The notes: generated by a model not told the origin, from the sequence alone. Positions 50,691 through 64,000 are shown, counted from the first letter of the stretch. The stretch is 64,000 nucleotides of DNA from Octopus sinensis (GCF_006345805.1 NC_043001.1:132928001-132992000); one strand, 5' to 3'. A program made the numbers and translations.

Positions 50691-51949
50691 GCTTATGTAT
50701 ATGCTCTTAAATAAATCGCTCGCTTATTGCAGAAATAATCCTTGAAGATTCAGTTATTTCGATCTAAATGCATAGTTTTCAAGTTTTTTTGCCCACAAAT
50801 CATAGAAAAGAAGAAAAAAACCGCAACATGTCTTTTTCACGTAATCGCATGTTCGAAAAAATATATATATTTCGTAACTAAATTTTCAATTGTTGGAAAT
50901 AATTTATCGGAAATAACCGTCCTTACAAACCTCCTATTTATTAATTTTACCTTTATTTTTTAATCACGAGCATTCAACCTTTCGTAGACCAAAGTTATGG
51001 ATTCCCTTCAAATTAAACGTTTTAGATTTGTTTTTCGATTTCGTTTGTAATTAGTATTTTAAAAATTATAGAGTGATCAAGTTGTTTTTTTTTTCCTAAA
51101 CTCGCGATTTTCATATCTTTTCATAAATTTGTGTAAAAATGGAGGTTATATTTTGACCAGGTTCGAAAATATAAACCAAGGAGCTAAAACGAATAATTAA
51201 ATAAGTACCAAAGCTGCATTGTTTAACTGCAGTTCAGTCAATTTCATTTTTTATTATATCGGCAATATACTAGAAACGAAAGATTGCCATTATATCTAGC
51301 GAAACCAAATTTCCCATTGTCTCTTTATCTCTTATTTATGCATAAAACACATTCTTTTAGTTATTTATTTGTTTTTGTCCGAATTGCTTCTCTCACGATT
51401 GCTTATTTGTCTCCTCAATATATATATACCATATATATATATATATATATATCTTTATGTGTGTGTAATAATGAGTCAGAGCCATCATATATTGGCCATC
51501 TTTTGGATTCTTCACTCATTCATTATCTAACCGATTGAGTGTTTTTGTTTTGTTTTGTTTTTTTATTGAAATGAAGCTGTACTAAAGTAGGTTTATTATT
51601 ATTATTATTCAACCATGAACCATGTACAGGTGTTTGGTGGATCCAGGTTCTTTGGAATCACACCTGTCATGTAGCTGGTGAAAAAAGCGAGAATGGAAAC
51701 CAAATTTAAATTATGTAGAGGATAGTAGGGAGTGTATAGTCACAGGCTATACCTGACGGTCATGGAATTGTGGAATGTCCATAAGCATCCGAGATGTAGT
51801 TAACAAAGACTAAAACTGTAGAAATTGGTTTTTTTTTCTATACATATAAAAGTAAAGTATCAGTAATTTAAGAATGACAGTGACTATTAAATATTTTCTT
51901 AATATATTCATCGTAGAATCTTCTCAGAATATGCCTCACGGGTGGTTGG

Positions 51950-53790
51950 AATGTTGAGAAGGTTAGTTTTAGTTTGTGATAAAGTGATGAAAAGCAGGAA
52001 AGCTAGGGAAGCTGTCATTGTAGAAGAGAACATGAATGGACATGTGAGGAATGCAGATGGTTCTGAGATAGCTCATGGTTGTTACAGATAGGGTGTAAGG
52101 AATAGAGAGGTGAAGGGATTTGGGAGTTGGTTTGTTACTTTGTGATTCCCAATTCTGGAAAGCAGTAAGTTTGCTATATGCTCACGAGGTAGGTTAACAT
52201 CAACTATGGGCTTCTTGATTGTACTATGTACAAGACCTGATGTGTCTAAAAGATGTGAAGGTAATTTTGAGAATGGAGTTTGCTACACAGCACTATTTGG
52301 TTTAGAGTTTGAAAGTGGTGAATGTGGGGTGGGGTCTAAAAAGAGAAGCCTAGTATGATAGAATATGATATGATCAAACTTGAAACTGGTTGAAAGTCAC
52401 TGAAAGATAGATTAAGAGATGTTGGTGATCATCATTTAATGTCCCTTGTCCATGCTGACATGGGTTGGATGCTGTGACCAGAGCTGGCAAGCTAGTGGGG
52501 CTGCACCAGACTCCAGTCTGATTTGGCATGGTTTCTACAACTGGATGCTTTTATGTGTTGCTGCACGGGTGCTTTTATGTGACACTGCATGGGTGCTCTT
52601 ATGTGGTACCGCCATGTGTGCTTTACACAACCAGAAGAATGAGTTTTAACATTTCTGCTGCAGCGTACAGGATTTCTTGAGTACAGCCAGGCACCAGGTA
52701 TCTCGGTCTTTTGTCATCTCACTTGACTGGTTCAGCTTCGTAAGGTCATTCTTCAGTATGTGTACAGAGAGTCCGAAGTACCATCAAGACACTTGGTGAG
52801 TCAGTAAAGTTGAAATAGGGGAATCAGTGAGAAAGGAAAATATTCAAGGAATAAGGAGTATGGTAACAGAAAACAAGCATAGTTACAGGTAGCCAAAAAG
52901 GTAATGATTGTATAGATAGTGTGTAAAATATTTGGAGAACATGCAATCAGAGAGGTATATAAGATTGTACAGCAATTAGCTATAGTGAGATATCATGATA
53001 GTGCTGCTCAAAGGAATATGGAGAAGGAATGGGATGGGATGGAAAGAGCAATCCAGTTTTAGGACCAGCAGAGGAAATAGCTGAGAAAGCAGTTGAGTAA
53101 TGAGGAGTAGAAAAGCAGGAGGGCCAGCAAACACTGGAAAATATGTTTAACTCTTTAGTGTTCAAATTTCTCTATTAAATGTAATACTTTTTCACTCAAA
53201 TTGTTTTGAATTAATCATGCATTACCTTATAGCTTTGAGGTTTCAATGATGTGATTGTTTATTTTTAGAATGTCAATGTAGGTTAGGTGTGAGAGGCTAG
53301 ATGTGGCCAGTTTGAATATAAAATATGTAGAATATATTAGGCCGGATTTAGCCAGTTTAAACACTAAAGGGTTAAAGGCAGCAAAATGTTGGGGTTTCAA
53401 GAAAATGAGACATCTGTAGGCTAGTAGTGATAAAAGCTCATATTCAAGAGGATTGGGAGTTGGATACTCTTCATTCCTCTACATTATGGAGAAGAAGAAC
53501 ATCAATGAAATGCTGTTTGGTTTTATGCCAGGAAGACACACAATTACTGCAATTTTTATGTAAGGCAGTTACAGGAGAAATACAGGTTTCAAGAGTTGGA
53601 GTACAGTTTTGTGGATGAAAGTTGTGAACATTGATGAGTTTGCAGTAGAGGTTGCAGCGTGTCAAACATCAGTATAAAGCCCACTATTATTTGTAGTTGT
53701 GATAAAGGTGTTGGTTCAAAAGCTGAGGGTTGGTCACAGGAGTTGTATGCTAATCTTTTGATGGTAATAGCTGAGAGTCGAGATCAGTGG
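51950..53790 (+). pseudogene. Decayed RTE LINE in PSMD2 intron 1
   Basis: EENMNGHV..HG..GVRNRE (APE), FGFMPGR..TAIF.VRQLQEKY and ELYANLLMVIAES (YADD relic), with insertions. A separate fragment KTRWPQEFLYADDIVPIAES lies at about 54910-54980. Confidence 0.7.
53151..53371. mobile_element. piggyBac-type MITE family 2
   Basis: TTAA|CTCTTTAGTGTTCAAA ... TTTAAACACTAAAGGG|TTAA. Confidence 0.82.
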
Positions 53791-53879
53791 TTCTCGACCA
53801 TTTTTTATAGATGGATCCTTTTGATTAATATTTTATTTTGGTGGACCCCATTTCCATTTGATGTTTAGTTTTGTAGATA

Positions 53880-54240
53880 CTTCTTTATTCTCTTAGTTGT
53901 TTCAGTCATTTGACCACAGCCATGCTGGAGCACTGCTTTGAATGATTTTAGTCGAAGAAATTGACCCCAGTTTATTTTTTTAAGCCTAGTATTTAATCTA
54001 TTGGTCTCTTTTGCCAGACCACTAATTTATGGGGATGCAAACATACCAACACTGGTTGTCATGCAGTGATGGAGTGGACAAACATACACAATGGGCTTCT
54101 TTCAGTTTCTGTCTACCAAATTCACTCACAATTCTTTGATCAGCCAAAGGTTATAGTAGAAGACATTTGCCCAAGATGCCACACACTGGGACTGAACTCA
54201 GAACCTTGTGGTTGGGAATCAAGCATCTTACCACACAAAG
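53880..54240 (-). mobile_element. SINE family A, diverged
   Basis: Recognisable head and tail with many substitutions. Confidence 0.7.
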
Positions 54241-54369
54241 TCCCTATTTTGTTTTTCATATATTGTGTCAGTTGAACTATGTAAAATGTTTGAGAAAGAA
54301 ACCTAGCTGTTTCTTGCAATAAAAACATCTAAATCAAACATTTTTCATGGGGTTACTGTGGGTCCTTAA

Positions 54370-54590
54370 CCCTTTTGTTACCAACCCAGCTGAAACCGTC
54401 TCTGGCTCTGTGGTACAAATGTCTTGTTTTCACAACTTTTGAATTAAAATCTTCCACCAGACTTTAATCACAATTTATATTCCTAACACTAGCTTAATGA
54501 TAACTAAGTTATTTTACTAAATTCTTTGTTATATTTAAAATTAATTGAAAGAAACACAGAGCATCTCGACAGAATATGGTAACAAAAGGG
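54370..54590. mobile_element. piggyBac-type MITE family 1
   Basis: TTAA|CCCTTTTGTTACC ... GGTAACAAAAGGG|TTAA; interior homologous to 21395. Confidence 0.9.
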
Positions 54591-56526
54591 TTAATTTACT
54601 TTTTTTTTTTGCATGGGCCCCTAAAAACCACTAGTTTAGATTAATTTTTACTTTGTCCCAAGAAGAGGCACTATGGATGCCATCTTCCTAGAGAGGCAAC
54701 TACAGGCTAAGAATAAATTGCTATTCTTGGTTTTCATTGCTCTGGAGGAAGTGTTTGACTATCACACTCAGTAATTTGGTGATCATTGAGGAAAGTAGGT
54801 GTAGGGCTGTACAAGCTGTGTACAAAAATGTAATAATATTCAACAACAGTTTCACTGACGAAAATGTTGTCCTCTCCTGTTCATCAGGGTCCCACGAGAC
54901 ATCGCAGAGGTGTTTAAGACTAGATGGCCACAGGAATTTCTATATGCTGATGATATAGTTCCCATAGCTGAATCTCCTGGAGAGAGATGAAATTCCAAGC
55001 ATGGACACTAAACCTAAAACTAAGAGGTAAACTCTGCAAAGACAAGGAATGGTCCTGAAGCCTTTATCACTTTGTAAGTCTTCCTGGGTCTCCTACTTTT
55101 GCAAGCTCTATACACATTATGTCCATACCAGCACAGAAAGAAAATAAGAAGACAGGAACCAGTGAAATGGACTTGTTCCATATGCAGAAAAAGGCAAGTG
55201 AGGATCAGAATCGAAATCGATCAATGGAAATTGCAGATGTGTTACCAGTGCCGGTGGCATGTAAGAGAACCATTCGTTCGTGACCGTTGCCAGCACCGCC
55301 CCGACTGTCCGTTCGTGTCCGTTGCCAGCCTCGCCAGGCCCCCGTGCTGGTGGCACATAAAAAGCACCATCCATTCGTGGCCGTTTGCCAGCTCTGTCTG
55401 GCACCTGTGCGGGTGGCACGTAAAAAGCACCCACTACACTCACGGAGTGGTTGGCGTTAGGAAGGGCATCCAGCCGTAGAAACACTGCCAGATCTGACTA
55501 GGCCTGATGAAGCCTTCTGGCTTCACAGACCCCGGTTGAACTGTCCAATCCATGTTAGCATGGAAAACGGACGCTAAACGATGATGTGATAAACGCCATA
55601 TATAGTGTCCTCAGGCATCTCCACTATAAGATCCTATCAGAAGCAGCCATCATTATACTTTCTGGTTGGATTCCCAAAAGTGGCCAACTTAGGCTATGAA
55701 TATGGATATTAACCGACCATTCTAGTCCTACCTCGAAGTCTCCTGCCAGTCGACTTGGCTTGAAGAATTTATCTTATGATTCTTTCCTGTGGCCTGGTAA
55801 CCACGTGTCCAGAGCACTGGACCTCGATGTGAAGTAGTAACAGTTCAACCTGGAAACTCCCAGGTATCCAAGCTTTTTTCCCTGTTTAAAAAATGTTACT
55901 CCAGAAGCCCTTCAGAGGAATCTCATTTCAACTACTTGTATTCATGATCATATAATTTTGGTCTTTATCCAACATTCATGACCATAGGTAAGATAGAATG
56001 CTGGAGCTGACACATTACTGTGCCAGCACCAGACAAAAATAAAGTGACTGGGTGAGAGGAGTAATGGAAATAAATGTTGGAGGGTGTAGAAGAAAATAAA
56101 ACTGAGAAAGATGATGGAGGAGAAATTAGGATTTATAGATTGGTGAGTGTGGGAGCATAAATAGGATAGGGCAAAATGGAAAAAAGATTGTCATGGGAAC
56201 CACATGACTAGCATAATTTAGCAGGGTAAAATAGCCTTAAAATACTTGTTGCATATTCTCTGAACAAAAGGGCTTTATACCTTTAAAAAAATCTTTAAAA
56301 TGTAGGAAAGTGTATCACTTATAGGTTTCATGACATGGAGCAAATGAATAGTAAGTCTCCTGGTTAGAACCTCAGCCTGTTAAAGTAACATTAGCTTGAA
56401 GATCTGAAATTAAGGCTGAACGCTGAAGCAGGTCCATTGAAGTGTTCTACTCTGGATTTGAACTCATGACCAATAAGTTTGTAGTCCACTTCTCAATCAT
56501 TTGACACCTCATAATCCAGCTATTAG

Positions 56527-56747
56527 CCCTTTAGCATTTAAACCAACCATATCAGGCCCAAATATTCTACCTTGTTTTATGTTCAAACCAGCCGGATCTG
56601 ACCTCTCATACTTATCCTACAATGTCATTCTAAAATTTAAAACTCATGTAATCAAATTCTTGAAGCTATGAGATAATACTTGATTAATTCAGAACAATGT
56701 GAATAAATAAGCATTACATTTGTCAGAGTAATCTGAATGCTAAAAGG
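56527..56747. mobile_element. piggyBac-type MITE family 2 (opposite orientation)
   Basis: TTAG|CCCTTTAGCATT ... AATGCTAAAAGG|TTAA; interior is reverse-complement-similar to 53151. A partial copy lies at about 58990-59100. Confidence 0.78.
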
Positions 56748-56852
56748 TTAAACCAATTGATTTGTTACTACTGTCCTAAAACAGTATGAAATAATCCTCT
56801 AACCATCTTATTCAACATTCTAAGAATTCTACCATTTTATTGGAATTTGGAT

Positions 56853-57226
56853 ACTCTTTTACTCTTTTCTCTCTTTTACTTGTTTCAGTCATTTGACTGT
56901 GGCCATGCTGGAGCACCGCCTTTTAATCGAGCAACTCGACCCCGGGACTTATTCTTTTGTAAGCCCAGTACTTATTCTATCGGTCTCTTTTGCCGAACCG
57001 CTAAGTAACGGGGACATAAACACACCAGCATCGGTTGTCAAGCAATGCTAGGGGACAAACATGCATATTTATATATATATATATACATATATACGACGGG
57101 CTTCTTTCAGTTTCTGTCTACCAAATCCACTCACAAGGCTTTGGTCGGCCTGAGGCTATAGTAGAAGACACTTACCCAGAACCATGTGGCTGGTAGACAA
57201 GCTACTTACCACACAGCCACTCCTGC
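56853..57226 (-). mobile_element. SINE family A
   Basis: Reverse-complement copy with small internal deletions. Confidence 0.85.
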
Positions 57227-58042
57227 ATGCCTTCTGCTAAAAAATACCATTTCATTTGCTCATATCACTTAAAAACGGTTCTGTCCATATTTTCTATGGT
57301 TTTTATCTGCAGATCCAGAGACCATATTTTTCCATTTGTGCAACACTCATTTTTTATTGCTAGCATAAGTTGGATAAATATATACTATTAAGTCATTGTT
57401 TTGTAGCTAAAAGCTTTTCCTGTTGTTAATCCTTACCTCTTTTTAATTAAGGAATTATATTTATTCCTCTTGTTTTTGAAAACACTCAGTTAAGGGACAG
57501 TATTTTGATAGCAAATATTAATATTTTTGATCAGTCATAAACAAATGCAGTCTACAGGACTCTCTAAAAGGTACACCAATGCAAAATTATCTTGAATTTT
57601 TTTAGTAGTGCAATCCACTTGACAATGAACCATGTCTGATGCAGCCTTTTCCTTTTTGTAAAAGGTTACCTGTGCCTGGCTTAGATGTTATTGCTTATTA
57701 TTCTTTTCTACTCTAGGCACAAGGCCAGAAATTTTTTTGGTGGGTGGGTGTCCTGTTGATTAGATTGATCCCTATACGCAACTGGCACTTAATTTATCGA
57801 CCCCAAAAGGATAGAAGGCAAACATCCACCCAGATATGCATAAAGACACTCACACAAACACACACAGTGTATTCTACAGATACAACCAGCCCATTTCAGA
57901 ATGTAGACTGTGAAACTGTTATTAAAATTGTATGGTAACTTGATTCTCTTATAGACTGATAAACATGACTCTAACAAATACAGCAACTATTAAATGAATT
58001 CTGTTTAAATTGATATTTTAATTTTATTTTATATACTTTCAG

Positions 58043-58099
58043 TCTGAAGAAGACAAACAGTTACAAGAATCCTTGAACCTTATGGTGGAGAGGCTTACT
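58043..58099 (+). CDS. PSMD2: PSMD2 coding exon 2
   Basis: tactttcag| acceptor, SEEDKQLQESLNLMVERLT, |GTAAGT donor; 57 nt, phase 0-0. Confidence 0.93.
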
Positions 58100-59485
58100 G
58101 TAAGTATCTTTTTGTGTGTTCTTATTAAATACTGTAATTAGTTTTAAAAAAAAAGTTTTAAGTAAGTGGTTCTGTGACTGAAAAATTTTAAGATTTGAAT
58201 TTTGTTTCTACAAATACAAGACTAACATAGTCAGCTTCAAAATCTTAGCAAATATTACACTAAAAAATCAGTGTAATGTACAAAATGATTAGTTTTTCAT
58301 TTTCATACATGTCTGTTTATGCTTGCATAGGTTGGAAAGATTTACAAATTCATGAAACAAGCTTCAATTTTAAAGCTTGGAAATTGAGTTGGTCTCATTT
58401 TTATTGTACTGTGATAATCATACCTGGAATTGGTAATAGTTCAAAAGAGTGAATAGTGTAAGACCTGCTAGAAAAAGAGCTAAAAGATATGAATTTAATG
58501 CTACCCAATCTAGAAATAATAGTTTGCCTTATGAAATGAACTATGACAAATATTTAAATCTACTTACATAACTAATTTCCTATATTGAGCCACTTTGAAC
58601 AGATCTAAAAATTCAGTCACTAGAATAAATTTTAAAGCTTTGGTTTTCAGATGGATCATTTAATTTGAAGCAATCAAGACCTTTATTAAACCTTTCATGT
58701 TGTTTTCTCGATTTTGAGTTGTCTTTACAATGATTTGTGTTGTTATAATGGGTAGGTTTATCAAAAGAATGTTAGGTGAGTTGTTAGAGCATTGGGCCCT
58801 GCAGTATTCACTCTGATTTCTGAGCTCTGTGTTCAAATCCTGCCACGGTCAACTTCACCTTTCAGAGTCAGTAACAAAGTATCAATCAAAGGTAGCAGAA
58901 CTATGAAAATGTTTAATGCCTTACAGTATTTATTCCAGCACTTTACATTCTTAGTTCTAATCCTGCCTTCGCCTACTTAGGTGATTAACTTAACCCTTTA
59001 GTATTTAAGCCAGGTATATCCAGCCAAAATATTCCACCTGTTTTAGGTTCAAACTGGCCAGGTCCTGCCTCTCACACCTACCTTACACTGATGCCAAATA
59101 TTTTAATACATGGATTTTTTTTCATGGTTTTGTCAGGAGGAAGGGGTAGTGCTCATAACCATTGTAGACTCATGAGGTTAGGGTTGATTTTAAATGTCTT
59201 GAAGTTGTTTGCCAGGACTTTTTCACTTTTCTGCATAATGAACCATGATAGAATAGTGTCATCACTTTTTTTTTTTTCACTAACACTGATGGGAGGAAGC
59301 AGTGTTTCTCAACCAGTTTTGGCTATGGACCCCTTTGATTCCTATTTTCCACTACTGGACCCCAGGAGCCATTCAGTATTTTAAAAAATCCTATTATATT
59401 TTTATATGGAAAGCGAACGTTAATGATGATGATAATGATGATGAATTACAAGAAATCATATAAAAAGTTAAAATATTTTGTGTAC

Positions 59486-59875
59486 ATAGGCGCAGGAGTG
59501 GCTGTGTGGTAAGTAGCTTGCTAACCAACCACATGGTTCCTGGTTCAGTCCCACTGCGTGGCATCTTGGGCAAGTGTCTTCTGCTATAGCCCCGGGCTGA
59601 CCAATGCCTTGTGAGTGGATTTGGTAGACGGAAACTGAAAGAAGCCTGTCGTATATATATATATATATATGTGTGTGTGTTTGTCCCCCTAGCATTGCTT
59701 GACAACCGATGCTGGTGTGTTTACGTCCCTGTCACTTAGCGGTTCGGCAAAATAGACCGATAGAATAAGTACTGGGCTTACAAAGAATAAGTCCCGGGGT
59801 CGAGTTGCTCGACTAAAGGCGGTGCTCCAGCATGGCCACAGTCAAATGATTGAAACAAGTAAAAGAGTAAAAGAG
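59486..59875 (+). mobile_element. SINE family A
   Basis: Full copy in PSMD2 intron 2. Confidence 0.88.
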
Positions 59876-60009
59876 AGAGAGAGTAGAAGTATAACCAATT
59901 TATTGAACTTAAACTTTAACAACAAAATCTTATCTGGACCCTGATTGAGAACCAGTTGGGGGGTTGGGGGTGAGAGTTATCCTCAAACTAGAGACCAATT
60001 CAAATGCTT

Positions 60010-60250
60010 ACAACAGAATGAACTTCATGAAAGCTGCCCAAAGACCAGATGGTGATGTTAGGAGTAGGAAGAGAATTCCAAAAGGTTGATGTTCTTAAGT
60101 GGAGAGGATTGGGAAGAGTTGTGGTGGGAGTGGGGAAAATATGAATGATGAAAAGAGGAGAGATAGCTGGACCTGGCTGGAAGTGAAATGTGTATAGCTG
60201 ATAGTATGCACCACAGTTATGTTCCGAGTCAAAGGCATTCAAGCTCTGAC
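60010..60250 (-). pseudogene. L2/Jockey-like LINE 3' fragment
   Basis: RTSTFWNSLP motif; a similar STWNALP relic lies at about 19150-19400 (+). Confidence 0.45.
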
Positions 60251-60526
60251 CATCCCATCTGTTTTCAAGAAGAGTGTACAGTGAACTACATTATTCAGTG
60301 TATGTTTTAAATATGATAGGATACGGTTTGATGTTTGGCTGTTATTTCTAGCAGGTCATGTGACCATGTTGGATCATAAATGCATTGATTTTAATCAGAA
60401 TCAAAATGGTAAATGTATTGAATATGCTGCTTCTCCTTCAAAAGTCTTGCAAGTTAATATACACCTCAGTCATTGTAAGGTTTAAAGTTAAAACCAGTCT
60501 TCATGTGTGTCAATTTCCTTCTCCAG

Positions 60527-60691
60527 GAATCTGATCAACAGCAGTACAGGCAAGCTCTGGAATGTCTTCGCACTGAAATCCGTGCCTCAACTACTTCCAT
60601 GACATCGGTTCCTAAGCCATTGAAATTCTTGCGTCCTCATTATGGCTCATTGAAAAAGGCTTATGAGAAGATCATCGATGAGGAGACAAAG
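60527..60691 (+). CDS. PSMD2: PSMD2 coding exon 3
   Basis: ttccttctccag| acceptor, [55 protein letters not shown], |GTAAGT donor. Contains the diagnostic Rpn1 motif [19 protein letters not shown]; 165 nt. Confidence 0.96.
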
Positions 60692-62300
60692 GTAAGTTAT
60701 TCATTTACCATTCTTTTTAAACCCGTAGCCAACCAGTTTTTTAGAGCTTACGGTTAAATCTGTTTGTTTGAGATTTTGTGGAGTAATACTGAACAAATGA
60801 AAAGGAAGCTTCCCTGTGTATTTCAAGTAAAATATTATGACTTTAGTTTTCAGGTGATACATTTAGAATGTTGACATTTCACATGTAGGCTAAGAATAAG
60901 TTTTCTACAGTTGCTGGTGCTTTTGCTTCTCCTCGGCATCATCTTGGTCTCTTTCAGTCCAGCACTGATTGATTTTCTCCCAAGTCTTTGGACTTTTTTT
61001 TTTACTTTTTTTTCAAAGTGGTCTTTATTTGATGATAATTTTTAAAATGCTGTCATTTCATAGATTTAGAGTATTTGCAAGTCCTTGTCCTCATAACAAA
61101 ATGCTTATGAATTGTAATAGTTTAAGTCTGGCCTCCGTGCTGGTGGCACATAACAAACACCATCCGAGCGTGGCCGTTCGCCAGCCTCGTCTGGCACCTG
61201 TGTCTGTGGCACATAAAAAAATACACCATCCGAGCGTGACCGTTCGCCAGCCTCGTCTGGCACCTGTGTCTGTGGCACATAAAAAAAAACACCATCCGAG
61301 CGTGGCCGTTTGCCAGCCTCGTCTGGCACCTGTGTCGGTGGCACATAAAAAGCACCCACTACACTCACGGAGTGGTTGGCGTTAGGAAGGGCATCCAGCT
61401 GTAGAAACATGCCAGATCTGACTGGCCTGGTGCAGCCTTCGGGCTTCCCAGACCCCAGTTGAACCGTCCAACCCATGCTAGCATGGAAAGCGGACGTTAA
61501 ACGATGATGATGATGATAAGTCATCTATTTACCTGTTTGTTTATATATTTATCAATATTGTATTAAGGTTTTAGCTGTTTTTCAACAATTCTATGTTGAG
61601 AGATTTAAAACCAGAAATAATCAAATCATTAACGGTTTTTAATCATCTAATTGCAAGTTTTACCATTTAAAAATAAATATTATAAGTCATCATTTTATGA
61701 CTGTTTTCTATGCTGGCACAAGATAGACAAGCTGTCACACTCTGCCAGTTCTTATTGTCTTCTTAGGCAGGTCAGAGGGTCACATCTCACTTCATGTTCC
61801 ATTTTTGGCAAGTTTTCTACAACTGGATGCTATTCTTAACACCCAGCCATTTTACAGAGTACTGTAAAGTACACCAGTATTTGAGGGGTTGTCATGTCCA
61901 TAGCAAGACTAAAAGAACCTTACATTGTCTTAGCTCACTTTTCAAAGTGTACTGGATGCATTTTATTGTAGCACCAGCTCTAGTGAGGTGGTTGTGTACT
62001 CCACAAATGAAGAGTCTTCTCTACTCTACATTGTCTCTTTGTGTTCAAAGCAACATGGCCGAGAAAGTGAAAGAGAATATGATGTTGTTTGATGGGGAAC
62101 TCTGATGAGAGGGTGAAAAGGGCAAGCGAATGGATAAGGGAAACAGATTGGCATGAAAGGATGGTAGAGGAGGAAGTAAAGACAGACAATGATGGTAGCA
62201 ATGTGTTTGCTGTTGAGAAAGAAGATATGTGGTAGAGAGTAGCAAAGATTTAAATAATTATGATAAATTAAAGATTAAGTTGATTATACAATTATATATA

Positions 62301-62672
62301 AAAGGGAAGCACTCCGTCGGTTACGACGACGAGGGTTCCGGTTGATCCGATCAACGGAACAGCCTGCTCGTGAAATTAACGTGTAAGTGGCTGAGCACTC
62401 CACAGACACGTGTACCCTTAACGTAGTTCTCGGGGATATTCAGCGTGACACAGAGAGTGACAAGGCCGGCCCCTTGAAATACAGGTACAACAGAAACAGG
62501 AAGTAAGAGTGAGCGAAAGTTGTGGTGAAAGAGTACAGCAGGGATCACCACCATCCCTGCCGGAGCCTCGTGGAGCTTTAGGTGTTTTCGCTCAATAAAC
62601 ACTTATAACGCCCGGTCTGGGAATCGAAACCGCGAGTCCGCTGCCCTAACCACTGGGCCATTGCGCCTCCAC
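62301..62672 (-). mobile_element. tRNA-derived SINE family D with 14-bp TSD
   Basis: Head GTGGAGGCGCAATGGCCCAGTGGTTAGGGCAGCGG..GGTTTCGATTCCC; TACAATTATATATA at 62287-62300 and 62673-62686. A related 5' fragment lies at about 18170-18335 (-) and a diverged relative at about 22020-22330 (+). Confidence 0.88.
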
Positions 62673-63673
62673 TACAATTATATATATTGTATAATTAACC
62701 TAAATATTTTCATAATTACAATCCATTTAGGTTCTCAATTTGAATTTTACTGATATTGATTTGTTTTGCCTTCCATGCCTTCAATAAATAAGTGCCTGTA
62801 ATATACTCAGTTTATTTAATTGTCTCTGCCATCCCATTTGCAAAATTCAGCCTTTCCCTTAAAGAAGAAATCCATTATTTCTTTCATAATAAAATAAATT
62901 TAAACACTTAACAATGGTAAATCATAACCCATTAAAGAAATAATTTTACCATACCATCTGTTGTTAATTGAATTCTCAACTGCAAACTGATAAGTAGAGG
63001 TAAATATGCCAAAATTGATCCATACTATTGATAAATTTTGAACCTATAGCAGAACTTGAGTGCAGGTTATTTTTCACACATTGATCAATCGACAGTTTGA
63101 CGAGGAAGAAAAGCAATTGTAAGATAATGAATTGGTTGAGTGTTTGAATTGGCAGCACCAATCCGACTGTGGCCGATGCCAGCCTCGCCTGGCACCAGTG
63201 CAGGTGGCACGTAAAAAGCACCCACTACACTCACGAAGTGGTTGGCGTTAGGAAGGGCATCCAGCTGTAGAAACATTGCCAGATAAGACCGGAGCCTGGT
63301 GCAGCCTTCTGGCTTCCCAGATCCCCGGTCGAACCGTCCAACCCATGCTAGCATGGAGAACGGACGTTAAACGATGATGATGATGATGATGATGACAACT
63401 TTAAGTTTAAACCCTAAAGGAGTTTCTATGGATTGCTCCATCTGCTAGAAATAGCAGCCAGATATCCTTCAAACGTCATCCTATCCTAACTTACCTTGGA
63501 GCAGTTATAATCCATATATATTTTAAAAAAAAACAAAGATATAAAGATCAAAATCTTCAGTGCTTGCCCTAAAATCTTTGAACTGCAGAACTTGCCATTT
63601 AGCTACATATTTTTGTATTGTTTCTGATACACACACACACATTTATAATATTGCATTTTTCTCAACTTGGTAG

Positions 63674-63795
63674 CGTTTTTGTGCTGACATTATTTCTGTA
63701 CTGGGTATGACCATGAGTGAAGAAAGAGACAGTTTAAAGTTTCGTCTGCTTGGTTCTAATGAAGAGATTGGTTCCTGGGGCCATGAATATGTCAG
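63674..63795 (+). CDS. PSMD2: PSMD2 coding exon 4
   Basis: tag| acceptor, [40 protein letters not shown](R), |GTGAG donor. Matches the PSMD2 [20 protein letters not shown] region; 122 nt. The gene continues beyond the window. Confidence 0.95.
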
Positions 63796-64000
63796 GTGAG
63801 ATTTTCTTTTCACTAATTTCCTACCCTTTCCACCTTTTCTTTCTTTGCTATTAATGTTAAGAATAATCTTCCAAATTATCAACATTTGATGTTTTGTACA
63901 ATGTAAATAACACATACATCATAGGTGTGTCTTAATTTGCTGAAATCACTTATTAGATTATCTGGTTTTCATTTATTAATTTATTAATTATTTATTAATT

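Larger units (their letters stand above)
53785..54633. mobile_element. hAT-type MITE relic interrupted by later insertions
   Basis: CAGTGGTTCTC start and ..AACCACTA end, with imperfect 8-bp flanks gtcgagat/gtttagat. A similar element lies at about 59300-59956. Confidence 0.4.

Noticed and set aside
55504-55530. CTGATGA-AGCC-TTCT-GGCT hammerhead-like start
   Set aside because: No GAAA follows stem II, and other family C copies read CTGGTGCA or CTGATGCA here, so it is a chance variant.

Overview
Repeat-dense eukaryotic genomic DNA, very AT-rich and full of microsatellites. The SINE/LINE families look like those of octopus or another coleoid cephalopod (inference from repeat style, not proven). 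Two protein-coding genes lie head-to-head. On the minus strand is the first coding exon of a kinesin-2 motor of the KIF17/OSM-3 type (31418-31188). On the plus strand are the first four coding exons of 26S proteasome subunit PSMD2/Rpn1 (49691-63795), continuing past the window. A consensus RFX X-box sits about 430 bp upstream of the PSMD2 ATG, suggesting a shared divergent promoter with a long 5'UTR intron for the kinesin. The rest is layered transposon fossils: several tRNA-derived SINE families, RTE, CR1, L2-like and R4/Dong-like LINE pieces, a mariner relic, piggyBac- and hAT-type MITEs, a non-autonomous Helitron and a long fold-back element. The most unusual signals are short non-coding elements carrying Penelope-type minimal hammerhead ribozyme folds, one fused to a tRNA-derived Pol III head. 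Almost all ORFs in the supplied track are artefacts of microsatellites and SINEs. Repeat boundaries were read by eye and are approximate unless TSDs or splice sites are quoted.
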